A DNA stretch of 64,000 nt from Flavobacterium sp. (GCF_027482425.1 NZ_JAIXWA010000022.1:3111-67110), one strand, 5' to 3'; shown: positions 47,242 through 58,420, counted from the stretch's first letter. Program-made: numbers and translations. Notes: generated by a model from the sequence alone, not told the origin.

Positions 47242-50200
47242 TTATCTGCTTAAATAAAGACGTCCTTGTAGGGGAGCACGGACACCATCATTAAATTCTA
47301 AAATAAAGAAATAAACTCCAGCGGGTGCTAAACCACCCCCCACGGAACCTTCGCCAGAACGACCATTCCAATGGGGATTTGAACGATTCCCCTTAAACAA
47401 TACGTTGCCATAACGATTGAAAATTTCAATTGTAAAGTTGGGATACAGTTCAAGTAGATTCTGAATAATAAACGCGTCGTTTACCCCATCGGTATTGGGT
47501 GAAAATCCGTCGGGTATAATAATATCGTCGGGGGTACAAGACTCGAGTACAACGGTCAACTCAAGACGAGTACTTTCACATCCTGCATTGGATTGAACTG
47601 CACCATAATACGTTATTCCATCCTGCAATACCGTCAAAGCATCCAAAGGTGTTCCTCCTGAAGCCGAACTATACCATACAATAGTTCCTGACCCTGATAA
47701 TTGAGCACTCAAATCGGAAAGCGTGGCATTGCTATCATTACAAAATGTAGTAGAACCTGTCAATACAGGAGGCTGCGGATTTTGTACTTCAAAAGTAACT
47801 GGTGTAAAATTTAAAGTACTGTTACCACAAGTTGTGATTTGACTGATGATTGAAGTTAAAATTAGATTCACTGTTCCTTCATTCACCAGATCACTAGCTG
47901 GAATGACAAACGATGCTGCGCCATTGCTAAAGGTTACCGTGTTGGTAAATACTCCTGTATTGGCTCCTGCAAGTTGGTATTCTAAAGTATAATTGCTATT
48001 TGTTAAGCCCGATGCACCAGTTATTGTTACCGTAGCTTGTTCGCCCAAGCAAAGCGAGGCAACCAATACAGTAGCATTACTTAACGTAGGTTGTGGAAGT
48101 ACCGTTATTGTGGTCGAAGTTGTTGAAATGGTCGAAGTACAATTGCCGTTCAATGCGGTAACTGCTGTTAAAGAAATCGACACATTACCCGATGTTTGAA
48201 AATACGAAGCTGGTATGGTAAATTGACCATTTCCACCCGTTATTGTTACAGTTGCTGTGGTCCCTGTGGATGGATCCGCATTAGTTACCGAGTAAGTGAA
48301 TGTATAGTTCCCATCAGCTAAGGTTGTCGCCCCGCTAATAGAAACAATTATAGCCGAATTTTGACATACGTTTGGTGCTGTTATGGTTCCTAAACCAAAA
48401 TCAGGGGGTGCTATTAAGTTGACCGTTAGGGTAGCTGTATCGGGGTTACATGTTCCTATTCCAGCTATAGTATAAATATAAGAACCTGCGGGATCAAAAG
48501 CTGGATTAAAAACACCCGTTCCACTAGCCAACGGAGGAGACCAAGTTCCTCCAGACTGCGCAGAAGTCCCTAAACTCAAAAATAAATCAATAGGTGTTGC
48601 ATTGGAACATAGCGTCACTGTGGCATCTACACCTGCATTAGGCCCAGGTGTCAATGTTATGACTACCGTGGCGGTATCGCTTCCACATGGTGCGCCGCCT
48701 ACTACGGTGTAGGTATAGGTTCCCGCTGGATCCACCGCAGGATTAAAGAAGCCCGTGCCACTAGCTAAAGCGGGTGTCCACGTTCCTCCTGCTTGAGGCG
48801 TTCCTCCTAAACTTAAAAATAAATCGGTCGGTGTGGCATTGGAGCATAAGACTAGCGTACCGTCATTTCCTGCGTTGGGAATCGGATTCACCGTTACCGT
48901 AGCCGAAGCCGTTCCATTGGCACAAGGCGTGTTACCCGTGACAGTATAGGTATATACCCCAGCTGAATCCACCGTTGGATTGAAAACTCCTGTCCCACTG
49001 GCCAAAGCCGGAGACCAAGTTCCTCCTGCTTGAGGGGTTCCTCCTAAGAAAGTAAATAAATCCGCAGCAGCACTATCCGCACAAAAAGTAGCTACGCCAT
49101 CCGTTCCCGCATTGGGTGCTGGAGTAATGCTCACGCTTACCGTGGCGGTATCGCTTCCACATGGTGCGCCGCCTACTACGGTGTAGGTATAGGTTCCCGT
49201 TGGATCCACCGCAGGATTAAACAAGCCCGTGCCACTAGCTAAAGCGGGTGTCCACGTTCCTCCTGCTTGAGGCGTTCCTCCTAAACTTAAAAATAAATCG
49301 GTTGGTGTGGCATTCGAACACAAGACTAGCGTACCGTCATTTCCTGCGTTGGGTTGCGGTACAATTGTAATTGTCATTGTTGTAACGACTTCACAATTCA
49401 AACTTGTACTTGGCGTAAAGGTATAGGTAGTCGTAGCCGTATTGTTTAACGCCGGCGACCACGTTCCTGTGATGCCATTGTTGGAGGTAGTCGGTAAGGC
49501 CGTTAGTGTTGCTCCCTGACAAATCGGGGGCACTTGCGTGAAGGTAGGCACGATATTCGGATTTACCGTAATGGTCATCGTGGCCGTGGTCGCACACTGT
49601 CCTGCGCTTGGCGTAAAGGTATAGGTGGTCGTAGCCGTATTGTTTAACGCTGGTGACCACGTTCCTGTGATGCCATTGTTAGACGTGGTCGGTAAGGCCG
49701 TTAGTGTTGCTCCTTGACAAATCGGGGGCACTTGTGTGAAAGTCGGAACGATATTCGGATTCACCGTAATGGTCATCGTTGCCGTGGTCGCACACTGTCC
49801 CGCTGTTGGGGTAAAGGTATAGGTGGTCGTAGTCGTATTATTTAACGCCGGTGACCAAGTTCCTGTAATACCATTGTTGGAGGTGGTCGGCAAGGCCGTT
49901 AGTATTGCTCCCTGACAAATTGGGGGAACTTGCGTGAAGGCAGGCACGATATTCGGATTCACCGTAATGGTCATCGTTGCTGTTGTCGCACACTGTCCTG
50001 CGCTTGGCGTAAAAGTATAGGTGGTCGTAGCCGTATTGTTTAAAGCTGGTGACCACGTTCCTGTGATGCCATTGTTAGACGTGGTCGGTAAGGCCGTTAG
50101 TGTTGCTCCTTGACAAATGGGGGGGACTTGCGTGAAGGTAGGCACGATATTCGGATTCACCGTAATGGTCATCGTTGCCGTGGTCGCACACTGTCCTGCG

Positions 50201-51879
50201 CTTGGCGTAAAAGTATAGGTGGTCGTAGCCGTATTATTTAACGCCGGTGACCAAGTTCCTGTAATACCATTGTTGGAGGTGGTCGGCAAGGCCGTTAATG
50301 TTGCTCCTTGACAAATTGGGGGAACTTGCGTAAAAACGGGAGTTATACCAGGTGTCAACGTTACTGTAACATTAGCAGAAGCATCAGTACAAGGTGGTAT
50401 TCCTGTAACCGTATAGGTGTAGATTCCAGGCGCATCCACTAAAGGATTAAAAATTCCAGTACCACTAGCCAATGCAGGTGACCAAACACCACCCGATTGC
50501 GGCGTTCCACCAAGAATAGTAAAAAGATTAACGGAAGGACCTAAAGCACATACGGTTGTATTGGTTGAAGTACCAGCATTAGCAGCTGTATTTACGGCAA
50601 CCGTAACAATCGCCGTGTCATTACCACAGGGGTTGGGACCTGTGACGGTGTAGGTATACGTTCCCGATGGATCTAGTGCTGGATTAAAAACTCCAGTACC
50701 GCTTTCTAACGGAGGAGACCAAACACCACCTGCTTGTGCAGATGTTCCTAGCAAAGGAAACAAATTAACAGAAGGGTTATTAGAACAAACCGTTAGCGAC
50801 GCATCATTTCCAGCATTTACAGGGTTAGAAACCGTGATGGTAACGGTCGCTGTATCGGGCGGGCAAGCCGCATTGGTAACAGTGTAGGTAAAAACATACG
50901 GACTTCCAGCAGCAGTTAATGTACTTATATTCACCGTTCCGAGATGACCATTGGAGGTAGGTAGAGGTCCGCTCCATGTTCCCGTCGTTTGTGGACTCCC
51001 GCCTAATATTGAAAACAAATTGCGATTGGGATTTACGGTCAATGCGTTGGAACATAAGGCTAATGTCCCATCAGTTCCGGCATCGGAAGGTAATAATAAT
51101 TGGACGGTTATTTCTAAACGATTGACACTTTCGCAAGGTGGGTCAACAGTGGTTGCGTAATAAGTTTCTCCATTAATCAGCGGTGTGGATGGGTCTAAAA
51201 CAACCGCCGAAGAAACCGTAGCATACCAATTGTTTATGCCACTCGCTTGTAAATTGGCTACGGTAGGCGTATTTCCAGGTGAAAGACAAAAAGATTGTAT
51301 CGTAGGACCTATGGGAACAGGAACCACACCTACATTAACAAAAACTGCCAAACGTGAAGTCTCACATCCCGTATCAGGATTGGTTTGACTCGCATAATAA
51401 ATGGTGTTGTCTGTTAATATGGTAGTCGTTGGCAATGGCGTGCCTCCTGAAGGAGTTGTATACCAACGAATATTATTTCCATTGGCAATCAAGTTGGCAA
51501 TAGTTGCTTCAAGTGGATTATCTACACAAACCCCTTGAAAATTTTGTCCCGTGGGTGCTGCGTAAATGGTTACTGTGACAGGTTGGCGTGTGCCACAATT
51601 CCCAGCAGCATTATCGGCATAATAGGTTGCGCCATTAACCAAACCTGCTCCGGGAGAAAAGGGTGTTGTTGATGTGGTCGAACTGAACCATGCTACCCCT
51701 CCCCCATTATTAATCGCATTTAAATTAGCAATTGTGGGCGATTCTGTATTACAAAAAGATTGTGAGGTATTGTTTACCGTAGGACATTGCGCGTATGCCC
51801 ATTGGGAAAAAATGAATATAAAAATCCCTAACCCTTTATAGAGAGATTTGAGTGTAAAACGTTGTAAAGAACGATTCAT
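47242..51879 (-). CDS. Large repetitive T9SS substrate with a type-B (gliding motility-associated) C-terminal domain
   Basis: C-terminal IPDGFSPNTDGVNDAF...IFNRYG...W.G...GVYFF...GRLYLSR; Thr/Gly/Pro-rich Ig-like repeats; adjacent to a porP/sprF gene. Confidence 0.93.
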   Translation of the reverse strand: MNRSLQRFTLKSLYKGLGIFIFIFSQWAYAQCPTVNNTSQSFCNTESPTIANLNAINNGGGVAWFSSTTSTTPFSPGAGLVNGATYYADNAAGNCGTRQPVTVTIYAAPTGQNFQGVCVDNPLEATIANLIANGNNIRWYTTPSGGTPLPTTTILTDNTIYYASQTNPDTGCETSRLAVFVNVGVVPVPIGPTIQSFCLSPGNTPTVANLQASGINNWYATVSSAVVLDPSTPLINGETYYATTVDPPCESVNRLEITVQLLLPSDAGTDGTLALCSNALTVNPNRNLFSILGGSPQTTGTWSGPLPTSNGHLGTVNISTLTAAGSPYVFTYTVTNAACPPDTATVTITVSNPVNAGNDASLTVCSNNPSVNLFPLLGTSAQAGGVWSPPLESGTGVFNPALDPSGTYTYTVTGPNPCGNDTAIVTVAVNTAANAGTSTNTTVCALGPSVNLFTILGGTPQSGGVWSPALASGTGIFNPLVDAPGIYTYTVTGIPPCTDASANVTVTLTPGITPVFTQVPPICQGATLTALPTTSNNGITGTWSPALNNTATTTYTFTPSAGQCATTATMTITVNPNIVPTFTQVPPICQGATLTALPTTSNNGITGTWSPALNNTATTTYTFTPSAGQCATTATMTITVNPNIVPAFTQVPPICQGAILTALPTTSNNGITGTWSPALNNTTTTTYTFTPTAGQCATTATMTITVNPNIVPTFTQVPPICQGATLTALPTTSNNGITGTWSPALNNTATTTYTFTPSAGQCATTATMTITVNPNIVPTFTQVPPICQGATLTALPTTSNNGITGTWSPALNNTATTTYTFTPSTSLNCEVVTTMTITIVPQPNAGNDGTLVLCSNATPTDLFLSLGGTPQAGGTWTPALASGTGLFNPAVDPTGTYTYTVVGGAPCGSDTATVSVSITPAPNAGTDGVATFCADSAAADLFTFLGGTPQAGGTWSPALASGTGVFNPTVDSAGVYTYTVTGNTPCANGTASATVTVNPIPNAGNDGTLVLCSNATPTDLFLSLGGTPQAGGTWTPALASGTGFFNPAVDPAGTYTYTVVGGAPCGSDTATVVITLTPGPNAGVDATVTLCSNATPIDLFLSLGTSAQSGGTWSPPLASGTGVFNPAFDPAGSYIYTIAGIGTCNPDTATLTVNLIAPPDFGLGTITAPNVCQNSAIIVSISGATTLADGNYTFTYSVTNADPSTGTTATVTITGGNGQFTIPASYFQTSGNVSISLTAVTALNGNCTSTISTTSTTITVLPQPTLSNATVLVASLCLGEQATVTITGASGLTNSNYTLEYQLAGANTGVFTNTVTFSNGAASFVIPASDLVNEGTVNLILTSIISQITTCGNSTLNFTPVTFEVQNPQPPVLTGSTTFCNDSNATLSDLSAQLSGSGTIVWYSSASGGTPLDALTVLQDGITYYGAVQSNAGCESTRLELTVVLESCTPDDIIIPDGFSPNTDGVNDAFIIQNLLELYPNFTIEIFNRYGNVLFKGNRSNPHWNGRSGEGSVGGGLAPAGVYFFILEFNDGVRAPLQGRLYLSR
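49357..50346 (-). repeat. Five tandem 198-bp (66-aa) intragenic repeats
   Basis: The anchor CGATATTCGG recurs at 49551, 49749, 49947 and 50145. Confidence 0.95.
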
Positions 51880-51968
51880 AGGCGAAATCAAATTAGGGTA
51901 TTACTACTTCTTTTTGATTTTCCCATTCCGAGTTCATCAAAGATACAAAAAAACAATCATCGCTTTTA

Positions 51969-54407
51969 TCAAGGTTTGATTTCTTTTATAGCACCATTAA
52001 TTTCTCTTTGAAAAAGGAAAATAGTACGATTCTCGTAGTGATCTAGACTCTTTGAATCATACTCAAATTGAAGAAGTGTTTGTTTTGTTTTATCGTGTTG
52101 CAATGAATGGGACAACCCTTGCGCTTGCGCCATTCGTAAAGCGGTATCAAATACAATATCAAATCCTTGCATGTAGACTGAATCGGGATCATCGCGATAT
52201 ACTTTTCGGTAGTTCGCTACAAAATTTAAATAGGACTGATTTTTATCTACTGGAGCGTAAGTTGGATACAAGGTTCGCAAAATATTCATGCGAAGCGGGG
52301 AAATGTTTTTATAGTAATCAATCAAATTTGGTTCCAACAAAGCTACTTGAATATTGTAATCGGTTACGGCATTGAGCAAGGTATTGGTTGCGCTAATAAT
52401 CATGCTATTCTTGGTGGTTTCCAAGATAATTATATTCATTTTGCCTTTCACCAACAACCGTTTTAAATCCTCATTATCCAATCCTGTTCGTTCAGAAACC
52501 ATTACGTATTGGGCTAGAGGCAATTTTTTGAGCACTTGCTGTTTTTTATTTTCATCCGTAAAACTGCTCACCACAATCACATTGGCATTTAAGGGCACTA
52601 ATACATCAAGCACCCGATCTCTCACTTTCATTTCGGGTTGAATGGCTACAACTTTTTTGGATTTTAACCCTTCTACTTCTACCTCAGTAATCAATGGTAT
52701 TGGCAGAAATGCCATTTTTTCAATAGAACAATTACCACTTAAAAAAGCAGCATCCATTCCTTTCCAAACGCGATCAGCGGTCATTTTCTTTAAATCAAAA
52801 GATTTTTTAGCTCCTTCCGCATGAATCATTTTTGAAGAAATCGTATATCCTAATGTATTTAATGAATCCAGTGCTTTTTGAACCCCCATATTATACATAA
52901 TCTCGAGTCGGGAACTTTCATCACTAATTTGAATATCGGGAAATGTTTGCTTCGCACGTTGCCAATCGGCTTCGGAAAAAGAAACCATAAAAGCAAATCG
53001 CTTCACCAAAGTAAGATCAGCTGTTTTTAGCACATCCTTATACTCAATTATTGCGGAGATCTCTTTTGTGCCGACACTTTCTTGGGGCGGACTTGGCACT
53101 TCTTTTGATGAAACTACCCCTGAAACTGGAGCATCTTCAGCCGCTGAGGATGCAACTGTGTTTGGGGTATCTTGAACGATTGCAAGAGCGCCTTTAGGCA
53201 TTTTTATCACCATACCAATTTGTACTCCTTTGGCAAGCAAGGGATTCAGCTCTAAAAAATCCATGATCTTCATATTGGCTCGTTTCGACAAACCAAATAA
53301 AGTCTCTTTAGGTTGAATCGTATAATCCTCCAAATCATCACGATTTAAGCGCCCTGAAGTTTCCACAGGATGGGACACAGTTTCCATTGGAACAACATCA
53401 GTTGCTTTAACAGTTTCGGTGGTGATTTTGGTTTCCGCGGGAGCAGAAATCGGATTTTCAGCAACGATTGTTTTAACTTTTGGGGAAATAACATCCTTTT
53501 TTGAATCTTGTTGTACAGTTTCAACAACTGTATTTTCTATTGCTTCAGCAACACCTGTCGCTGATTCAACCGGAATACGTATGCGCTGTCCCGTTTGTAA
53601 CATGCGTACAATTTGCGGATTAGTTGACTCAAGAGCAATTATGGTCACCTTATAACGACGCGACAATCCAAACTTAGTTTCGCCAGCTACTACTTCATGC
53701 CATATCTGCTTGTCATTTGTATTTTGGTCAGCAGGAACATACAGCAACTGCCCTTCTTTTAAAACCCCCACAATCCGCTCCTGATTCATCGCCATCAAGT
53801 CAGCCAACGAAATAGCAAACCGCTTCGATAAGCCAAACAGCGTCTCCCCTTTCAACACGGTGTAATCACGAAGGTTCTTACTTTGAGCCTGACGTCGGTA
53901 CGAAGACAAATCTTGCTGATACGAAGTCGTCCCTTTCACTTTTAACACATGCCCCGCTTGGAGTCCCTGAACAATATGCGAATTTTGCTCCTCTAAAGTC
54001 GAAATACTAATCCCATACAACTTCCCTAAACCAAACTTAGTTTCTCCAGGCTGTACAATATGACTTTTGAATTCACTTGAAAGATTTTGTGACTTCCCCT
54101 CAATAGTAGTTGATTTTTGTGAAAGAATATTCTTGCTTTCCTCGACATTCTTGACTTCTTTGGAGCTCTCAACAACTACCGATTTAGGGATGACCAACAC
54201 ATCATTAACCTTCACTCCTTGCGCTGCATTGGGATTTAATTTGATTATATCATAAGGGGTCACCTTGTACCGCTGCGCTACTTTGGCAAGTGTCTCACCC
54301 TCAGCAACTACATGTGTTTTTTGGCTCTCTTGCGCAATCACCAATTGGCCTGCAAAAAGCAATGTTATTAACAACCGATGAAGAGTGTGTTTTTTAGGGT
54401 TTTTCAT
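51969..54407 (-). CDS. Five-LysM peptidoglycan-binding protein with a C-terminal periplasmic-binding-protein-like region
   Basis: Five H/Y-x-V-x-x-GET-x-x-x-(L/V) motifs and a signal peptide. Confidence 0.85.
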   Translation of the reverse strand: MKNPKKHTLHRLLITLLFAGQLVIAQESQKTHVVAEGETLAKVAQRYKVTPYDIIKLNPNAAQGVKVNDVLVIPKSVVVESSKEVKNVEESKNILSQKSTTIEGKSQNLSSEFKSHIVQPGETKFGLGKLYGISISTLEEQNSHIVQGLQAGHVLKVKGTTSYQQDLSSYRRQAQSKNLRDYTVLKGETLFGLSKRFAISLADLMAMNQERIVGVLKEGQLLYVPADQNTNDKQIWHEVVAGETKFGLSRRYKVTIIALESTNPQIVRMLQTGQRIRIPVESATGVAEAIENTVVETVQQDSKKDVISPKVKTIVAENPISAPAETKITTETVKATDVVPMETVSHPVETSGRLNRDDLEDYTIQPKETLFGLSKRANMKIMDFLELNPLLAKGVQIGMVIKMPKGALAIVQDTPNTVASSAAEDAPVSGVVSSKEVPSPPQESVGTKEISAIIEYKDVLKTADLTLVKRFAFMVSFSEADWQRAKQTFPDIQISDESSRLEIMYNMGVQKALDSLNTLGYTISSKMIHAEGAKKSFDLKKMTADRVWKGMDAAFLSGNCSIEKMAFLPIPLITEVEVEGLKSKKVVAIQPEMKVRDRVLDVLVPLNANVIVVSSFTDENKKQQVLKKLPLAQYVMVSERTGLDNEDLKRLLVKGKMNIIILETTKNSMIISATNTLLNAVTDYNIQVALLEPNLIDYYKNISPLRMNILRTLYPTYAPVDKNQSYLNFVANYRKVYRDDPDSVYMQGFDIVFDTALRMAQAQGLSHSLQHDKTKQTLLQFEYDSKSLDHYENRTIFLFQREINGAIKEIKP

Positions 54408-54443
54408 TAATGAAAATAGGTGAAAATCACCCTAAAATTAAAG

Positions 54444-54476
54444 AAAAAACCGCTGTCGGACATCCCCAACAACGGT
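54444..54476 (-). terminator. Intrinsic terminator of glyA
   Basis: 11-bp stem with G-U pairs (ACCGTTGTTGG / CCGACAGCGGT on the minus strand) followed by a U tract. Confidence 0.75.
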
Positions 54477-54477
54477 A

Positions 54478-54540
54478 GTTATTAACACGTTATTAACATT
54501 AAAATAAAAGTTATTAATAAATTTATGATAGTTATTAATA
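54478..54540. repeat. Four phased GTTATTAA(C/T)A motifs, DnaA-box-like
   Basis: Copies at 54478, 54489, 54510 and 54531 (spacings 11, 21, 21). Confidence 0.7.
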
Positions 54541-54541
54541 A

Positions 54542-55816
54542 TTAGAAGACGAACATAGCGCGTTCCCCCATCAAGGCATTTACCTCTTCAGCTACTTTCG
54601 CAATAACAGCTTCATCAGTTGGGTTCATCAAAACGCGATCTATAAAATCAACCACATTTTCCATATCAGCCTCTACCAAACCACGAGTAGTGATAGCAGG
54701 AGTTCCCACACGTATTCCAGAGGTTACAAATGGGGACTTATCGTCAAAAGGTACCATGTTTTTATTTACCGTGATATCGGCTTTTACCAATGCATTTTCG
54801 GCATCTTTTCCGCTGATTCCTTTGTTGCGCAAATCAATCAACATCATGTGATTGTCGGTACCCCCTGAAATTAAATGATACCCTCTTTCAACAAAGGCAT
54901 TAGCCATGGCTTGGGCATTTTTTTGAACTTGTAAAGTATATCTAAAAAATTCGTCAGTCAACGCTTCCCCAAACGCAACCGCTTTGGCTGCAATGATATG
55001 CATTAATGGACCGCCTTGGTTTCCAGGAAAAACGGACATGTCCAGCACATGCGACATCATACGAATCTCCCCTTTTGGAGTGGTCAAGCCCCATGGATTT
55101 TCAAAATCGTTCCCCATCATAATCATCCCGCCACGAGGTCCGCGTAAGGTTTTGTGGGTTGTCGTCGTCACGATATGGCAGTGTGGAATCGGATCGTTTA
55201 ATAAACCTTTGGCAATCAAACCCGCGGGATGTGAAATATCGGCCAATAATAAAGCACCAACACTATCGGCGATTTCACGGAACCGCTTGAAATCCATATC
55301 TCTCGAATACGCTGAAGCACCTGCAATAATCATTTTGGGTTTCTCTCTTAAGGCAATCTCTTGAATTTTATCGTAATTCAATAATCCCGTTTCTTGGTCC
55401 ACACCATAAAAAACGGGGCGGTATAACTTTCCTGAAAAATTCACTGGAGAACCATGCGTCAAGTGCCCTCCATGCGATAAATCAAATCCCAAAATTGTAT
55501 CTCCGGGCTTTAAACAAGCGGCAAAAACTGCGGTATTCGCTTGCGAGCCCGAATGCGGCTGTACATTCACATAGGCGGCACCAAACAAGGCTTTGGCACG
55601 ATCAATTGCAATTTGCTCCACAATATCAACAACTTCACATCCTCCATAGTATCGTTTTCCAGGATAACCCTCAGCATATTTATTGGTCAAACAGGAGCCT
55701 GCTGCCTCCATCACTTGATCACTTACGAAATTCTCGGAAGCAATCAGCTCAATTCCATGTACTTGTCGGTCCTGTTCGTCCAGGATTAAATCGAAGATTT
55801 GTTCGTCTCGTTGCAT
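54542..55816 (-). CDS. glyA: Serine hydroxymethyltransferase
   Basis: [40 protein letters not shown] and [14 protein letters not shown]. Confidence 0.98.
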   Translation of the reverse strand: MQRDEQIFDLILDEQDRQVHGIELIASENFVSDQVMEAAGSCLTNKYAEGYPGKRYYGGCEVVDIVEQIAIDRAKALFGAAYVNVQPHSGSQANTAVFAACLKPGDTILGFDLSHGGHLTHGSPVNFSGKLYRPVFYGVDQETGLLNYDKIQEIALREKPKMIIAGASAYSRDMDFKRFREIADSVGALLLADISHPAGLIAKGLLNDPIPHCHIVTTTTHKTLRGPRGGMIMMGNDFENPWGLTTPKGEIRMMSHVLDMSVFPGNQGGPLMHIIAAKAVAFGEALTDEFFRYTLQVQKNAQAMANAFVERGYHLISGGTDNHMMLIDLRNKGISGKDAENALVKADITVNKNMVPFDDKSPFVTSGIRVGTPAITTRGLVEADMENVVDFIDRVLMNPTDEAVIAKVAEEVNALMGERAMFVF

Positions 55817-55929
55817 TTTTTAAGGGTTTTTCATTAAAGCTCCCCAAAATTACAAATTCTGTTGGTCAAATAGATTGGAACATCTATATTTGGTTGTAAA
55901 TTTTTCAACAACAAATCAACATCGTACTT

Positions 55930-57216
55930 ATGCCGCATTACGCAAATAACCCCGATCGAAAAACTTGGCTTACTGTTCCCGAAAACAGCGACTTTCCCAT
56001 TCAAAATATTCCTTTTGGTGTTTTTTTAACCAAAGAAGATGTCATCACTATTGGAACACGAATTGGGGATTTCGCTATAGATATGGGTGCGCTGCAGCAA
56101 TTAGGCTATTTTAACGACTTGGGACTCCCCGACGATATGTTTCTACAAGACTCCTTAAATGATTTTATTTCTTATGGAAAAAAGACTTGGCGTCAAGTAC
56201 GTAACCGTATCTCTGATTTATTTGAAATTAACAATCCTACCTTACGTGACAATGTTGAACAGCGCAAGATTGTGATTTTTAATGTGCAAGATGTAGAAAT
56301 GTTGCTTCCAGTACAAATTGGTGATTACACCGATTTTTACAGCAGTAAAGAGCATGCCACCAACGTAGGAAAAATGTTTCGCGATCCCGAAAATGCATTG
56401 CTCCCCAACTGGCTTCACATCCCAGTAGGATACCATGGACGCAGTTCCACCATCATTCCTTCAGGAGTACCCGTGCACAGACCATTAGGTCAAACGCTTC
56501 CCGCCGAAGCGACTACGCCTGTTTTTGGCCCTTCCAAATTGGTTGATTTTGAATTAGAAATGGCATTCATTACTACCGATGCGAATATAATGGGAGAACC
56601 CGTACCTGTAAAAGAAGCTGAAGATTATATTTTTGGAATGGTACTTTTCAACGATTGGAGTGCGCGCGATATCCAAAAATGGGAATATGTACCGTTGGGC
56701 CCCTTCTTGGCCAAAAACTTTGCCTCCTCTATTTCACCTTGGATTGTGATCATGGATGCGCTTGAACCCTTTCGCGTAGCCAGTCCAGCACAAAACCCAA
56801 AACCGTTACCCTATTTGCAGCAAGAAGGAAATCATGCTTTCGACATTCATTTGGAAGTGGCTTTGCAACCTGAAAACAGCAGTGAAACTGTTATTTCCCG
56901 TTCCAATTTTAAATTTATGTATTGGACCATGGCACAGCAACTCGCGCATCATACCATCAACGGATGCCGCGTCAATTCTGGCGACATGATGGGAAGCGGA
57001 ACTATTTCAGGCCCCAAAGAAGATAGCTTCGGCTCTATGTTAGAACTAACCTGGGGTGGAAAAAATCCATTACGCCTCAACGATGGTTCTGAACGAAAAT
57101 TTATTCAAGATAACGATACCGTCATCCTTCGCGGGTATTGTCAAAATGAACGGGTTCGAATAGGCTTTGGAGAATGCAGCAGTAAACTTTTACCTGCGTT
57201 GCCTTTTAACGTATAA
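55930..57216 (+). CDS. fahA: Fumarylacetoacetase
   Basis: DFPIQNIPFG, DYTDFYSSKEHATNVG, DFELE, NDWSARDIQKWEYVPLGPF and GSMLEL. Confidence 0.96.
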   Translation: MPHYANNPDRKTWLTVPENSDFPIQNIPFGVFLTKEDVITIGTRIGDFAIDMGALQQLGYFNDLGLPDDMFLQDSLNDFISYGKKTWRQVRNRISDLFEINNPTLRDNVEQRKIVIFNVQDVEMLLPVQIGDYTDFYSSKEHATNVGKMFRDPENALLPNWLHIPVGYHGRSSTIIPSGVPVHRPLGQTLPAEATTPVFGPSKLVDFELEMAFITTDANIMGEPVPVKEAEDYIFGMVLFNDWSARDIQKWEYVPLGPFLAKNFASSISPWIVIMDALEPFRVASPAQNPKPLPYLQQEGNHAFDIHLEVALQPENSSETVISRSNFKFMYWTMAQQLAHHTINGCRVNSGDMMGSGTISGPKEDSFGSMLELTWGGKNPLRLNDGSERKFIQDNDTVILRGYCQNERVRIGFGECSSKLLPALPFNV

Positions 57217-57221
57217 AAACC

Positions 57222-58406
57222 ATGAAAAAAATTAGTGCATTTTTTATTACCTTCTTTTTAGTTGTAAGTTGTGGTGTTCGCCAAACGGAAAACGCTTTAG
57301 CCGAGGGAAATTACGATGAAGCTATTACTATTGCAATAGACAACTTACGCCAACGAAAAGACGCCAAAGAAAAACAAGACTATGTACTTTTTCTCGAAGA
57401 AGCCTTTGCCAAAGCCAAAGCACGCGATTTGCAACAAATAGAACTTTGGTTTAAAGAGGCCAATCCTTCCAATACTGAAAAGATTTACAACACCTATGTC
57501 GCCTTGCACCAACGGCAGGAACGCATCAAACCCTTATTGCCACTACGAGTAATCAGTCAAAACCGAAATGCCACCTTTGATTTTGATAACTACAGTGATG
57601 AAATCGTGAGCAGCAAAAATGCGCTAGCCAAACACCTTTATGACAATGCTAAAGCACTGCTTGCAACTCGAGATAAAATCAATTTTCGTCGGGCTTTCGA
57701 CGACCTTATCTATTTACAAGAACTTAGCCCCGGATTTAAAGACAGCGCCCAATTAATCGACGAGGCGCGTCAAAAGGGAACCGACTACGTTCATGTATAT
57801 ACAAAAAATGAAACGCAAATGGTCATTCCAATTCGCTTGGAAAATGATTTGTTGGACTTTAGCACCATGGGGCTCAATGATCCGTGGACAGTATACCACA
57901 GTAATCGCGTGAAAGGAATTACCTATGATTATGGAATTTTGGTCAATTTTAGAGCCATCAACATTTCTCCTGAACAAGTGAAAGAACGCGAATTTGTAAA
58001 GGAAAAGCAAATTAAAGACGGGCAAAAAAGACTTTTGGATGCCAATGGCAATCCCGTGAAAGACCAACAAGAAAATTTCGTGATGGTCGATAATATGAAA
58101 AACGTATCGATTACGATTTTTGAATTTCGTCAGTTCAAAACGGTTCAAGTCACTGCCAAAATTGACTATTTGGACCTAAAAACCAATCAATTGCTCAACA
58201 CCTATCCGTTGAGTAGTGAATTTGTCTTCGAACATATTTATGCCCGTTACAAAGGCAACAAACAAGCCTGTGAAAACAACTATCTTCCCTTTTTCGAACG
58301 GGTAGCGGTTCCTTTTCCAAGTAATGAACAAATGGTTGCTGATTCGGGACAAAATCTAAAAAACAAATTAAAAGAAATTATCAGTCGCCATCGTTTGCGA
58401 AACTAA
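57222..58406 (+). CDS. Hypothetical lipoprotein with a TPR-like N-terminus
   Basis: Lipobox VVSC, a helical N-terminal half and a beta-rich C-terminal half. Confidence 0.8.
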   Translation: MKKISAFFITFFLVVSCGVRQTENALAEGNYDEAITIAIDNLRQRKDAKEKQDYVLFLEEAFAKAKARDLQQIELWFKEANPSNTEKIYNTYVALHQRQERIKPLLPLRVISQNRNATFDFDNYSDEIVSSKNALAKHLYDNAKALLATRDKINFRRAFDDLIYLQELSPGFKDSAQLIDEARQKGTDYVHVYTKNETQMVIPIRLENDLLDFSTMGLNDPWTVYHSNRVKGITYDYGILVNFRAINISPEQVKEREFVKEKQIKDGQKRLLDANGNPVKDQQENFVMVDNMKNVSITIFEFRQFKTVQVTAKIDYLDLKTNQLLNTYPLSSEFVFEHIYARYKGNKQACENNYLPFFERVAVPFPSNEQMVADSGQNLKNKLKEIISRHRLRN

Positions 58407-58420
58407 TCCAAAAAATCCCT

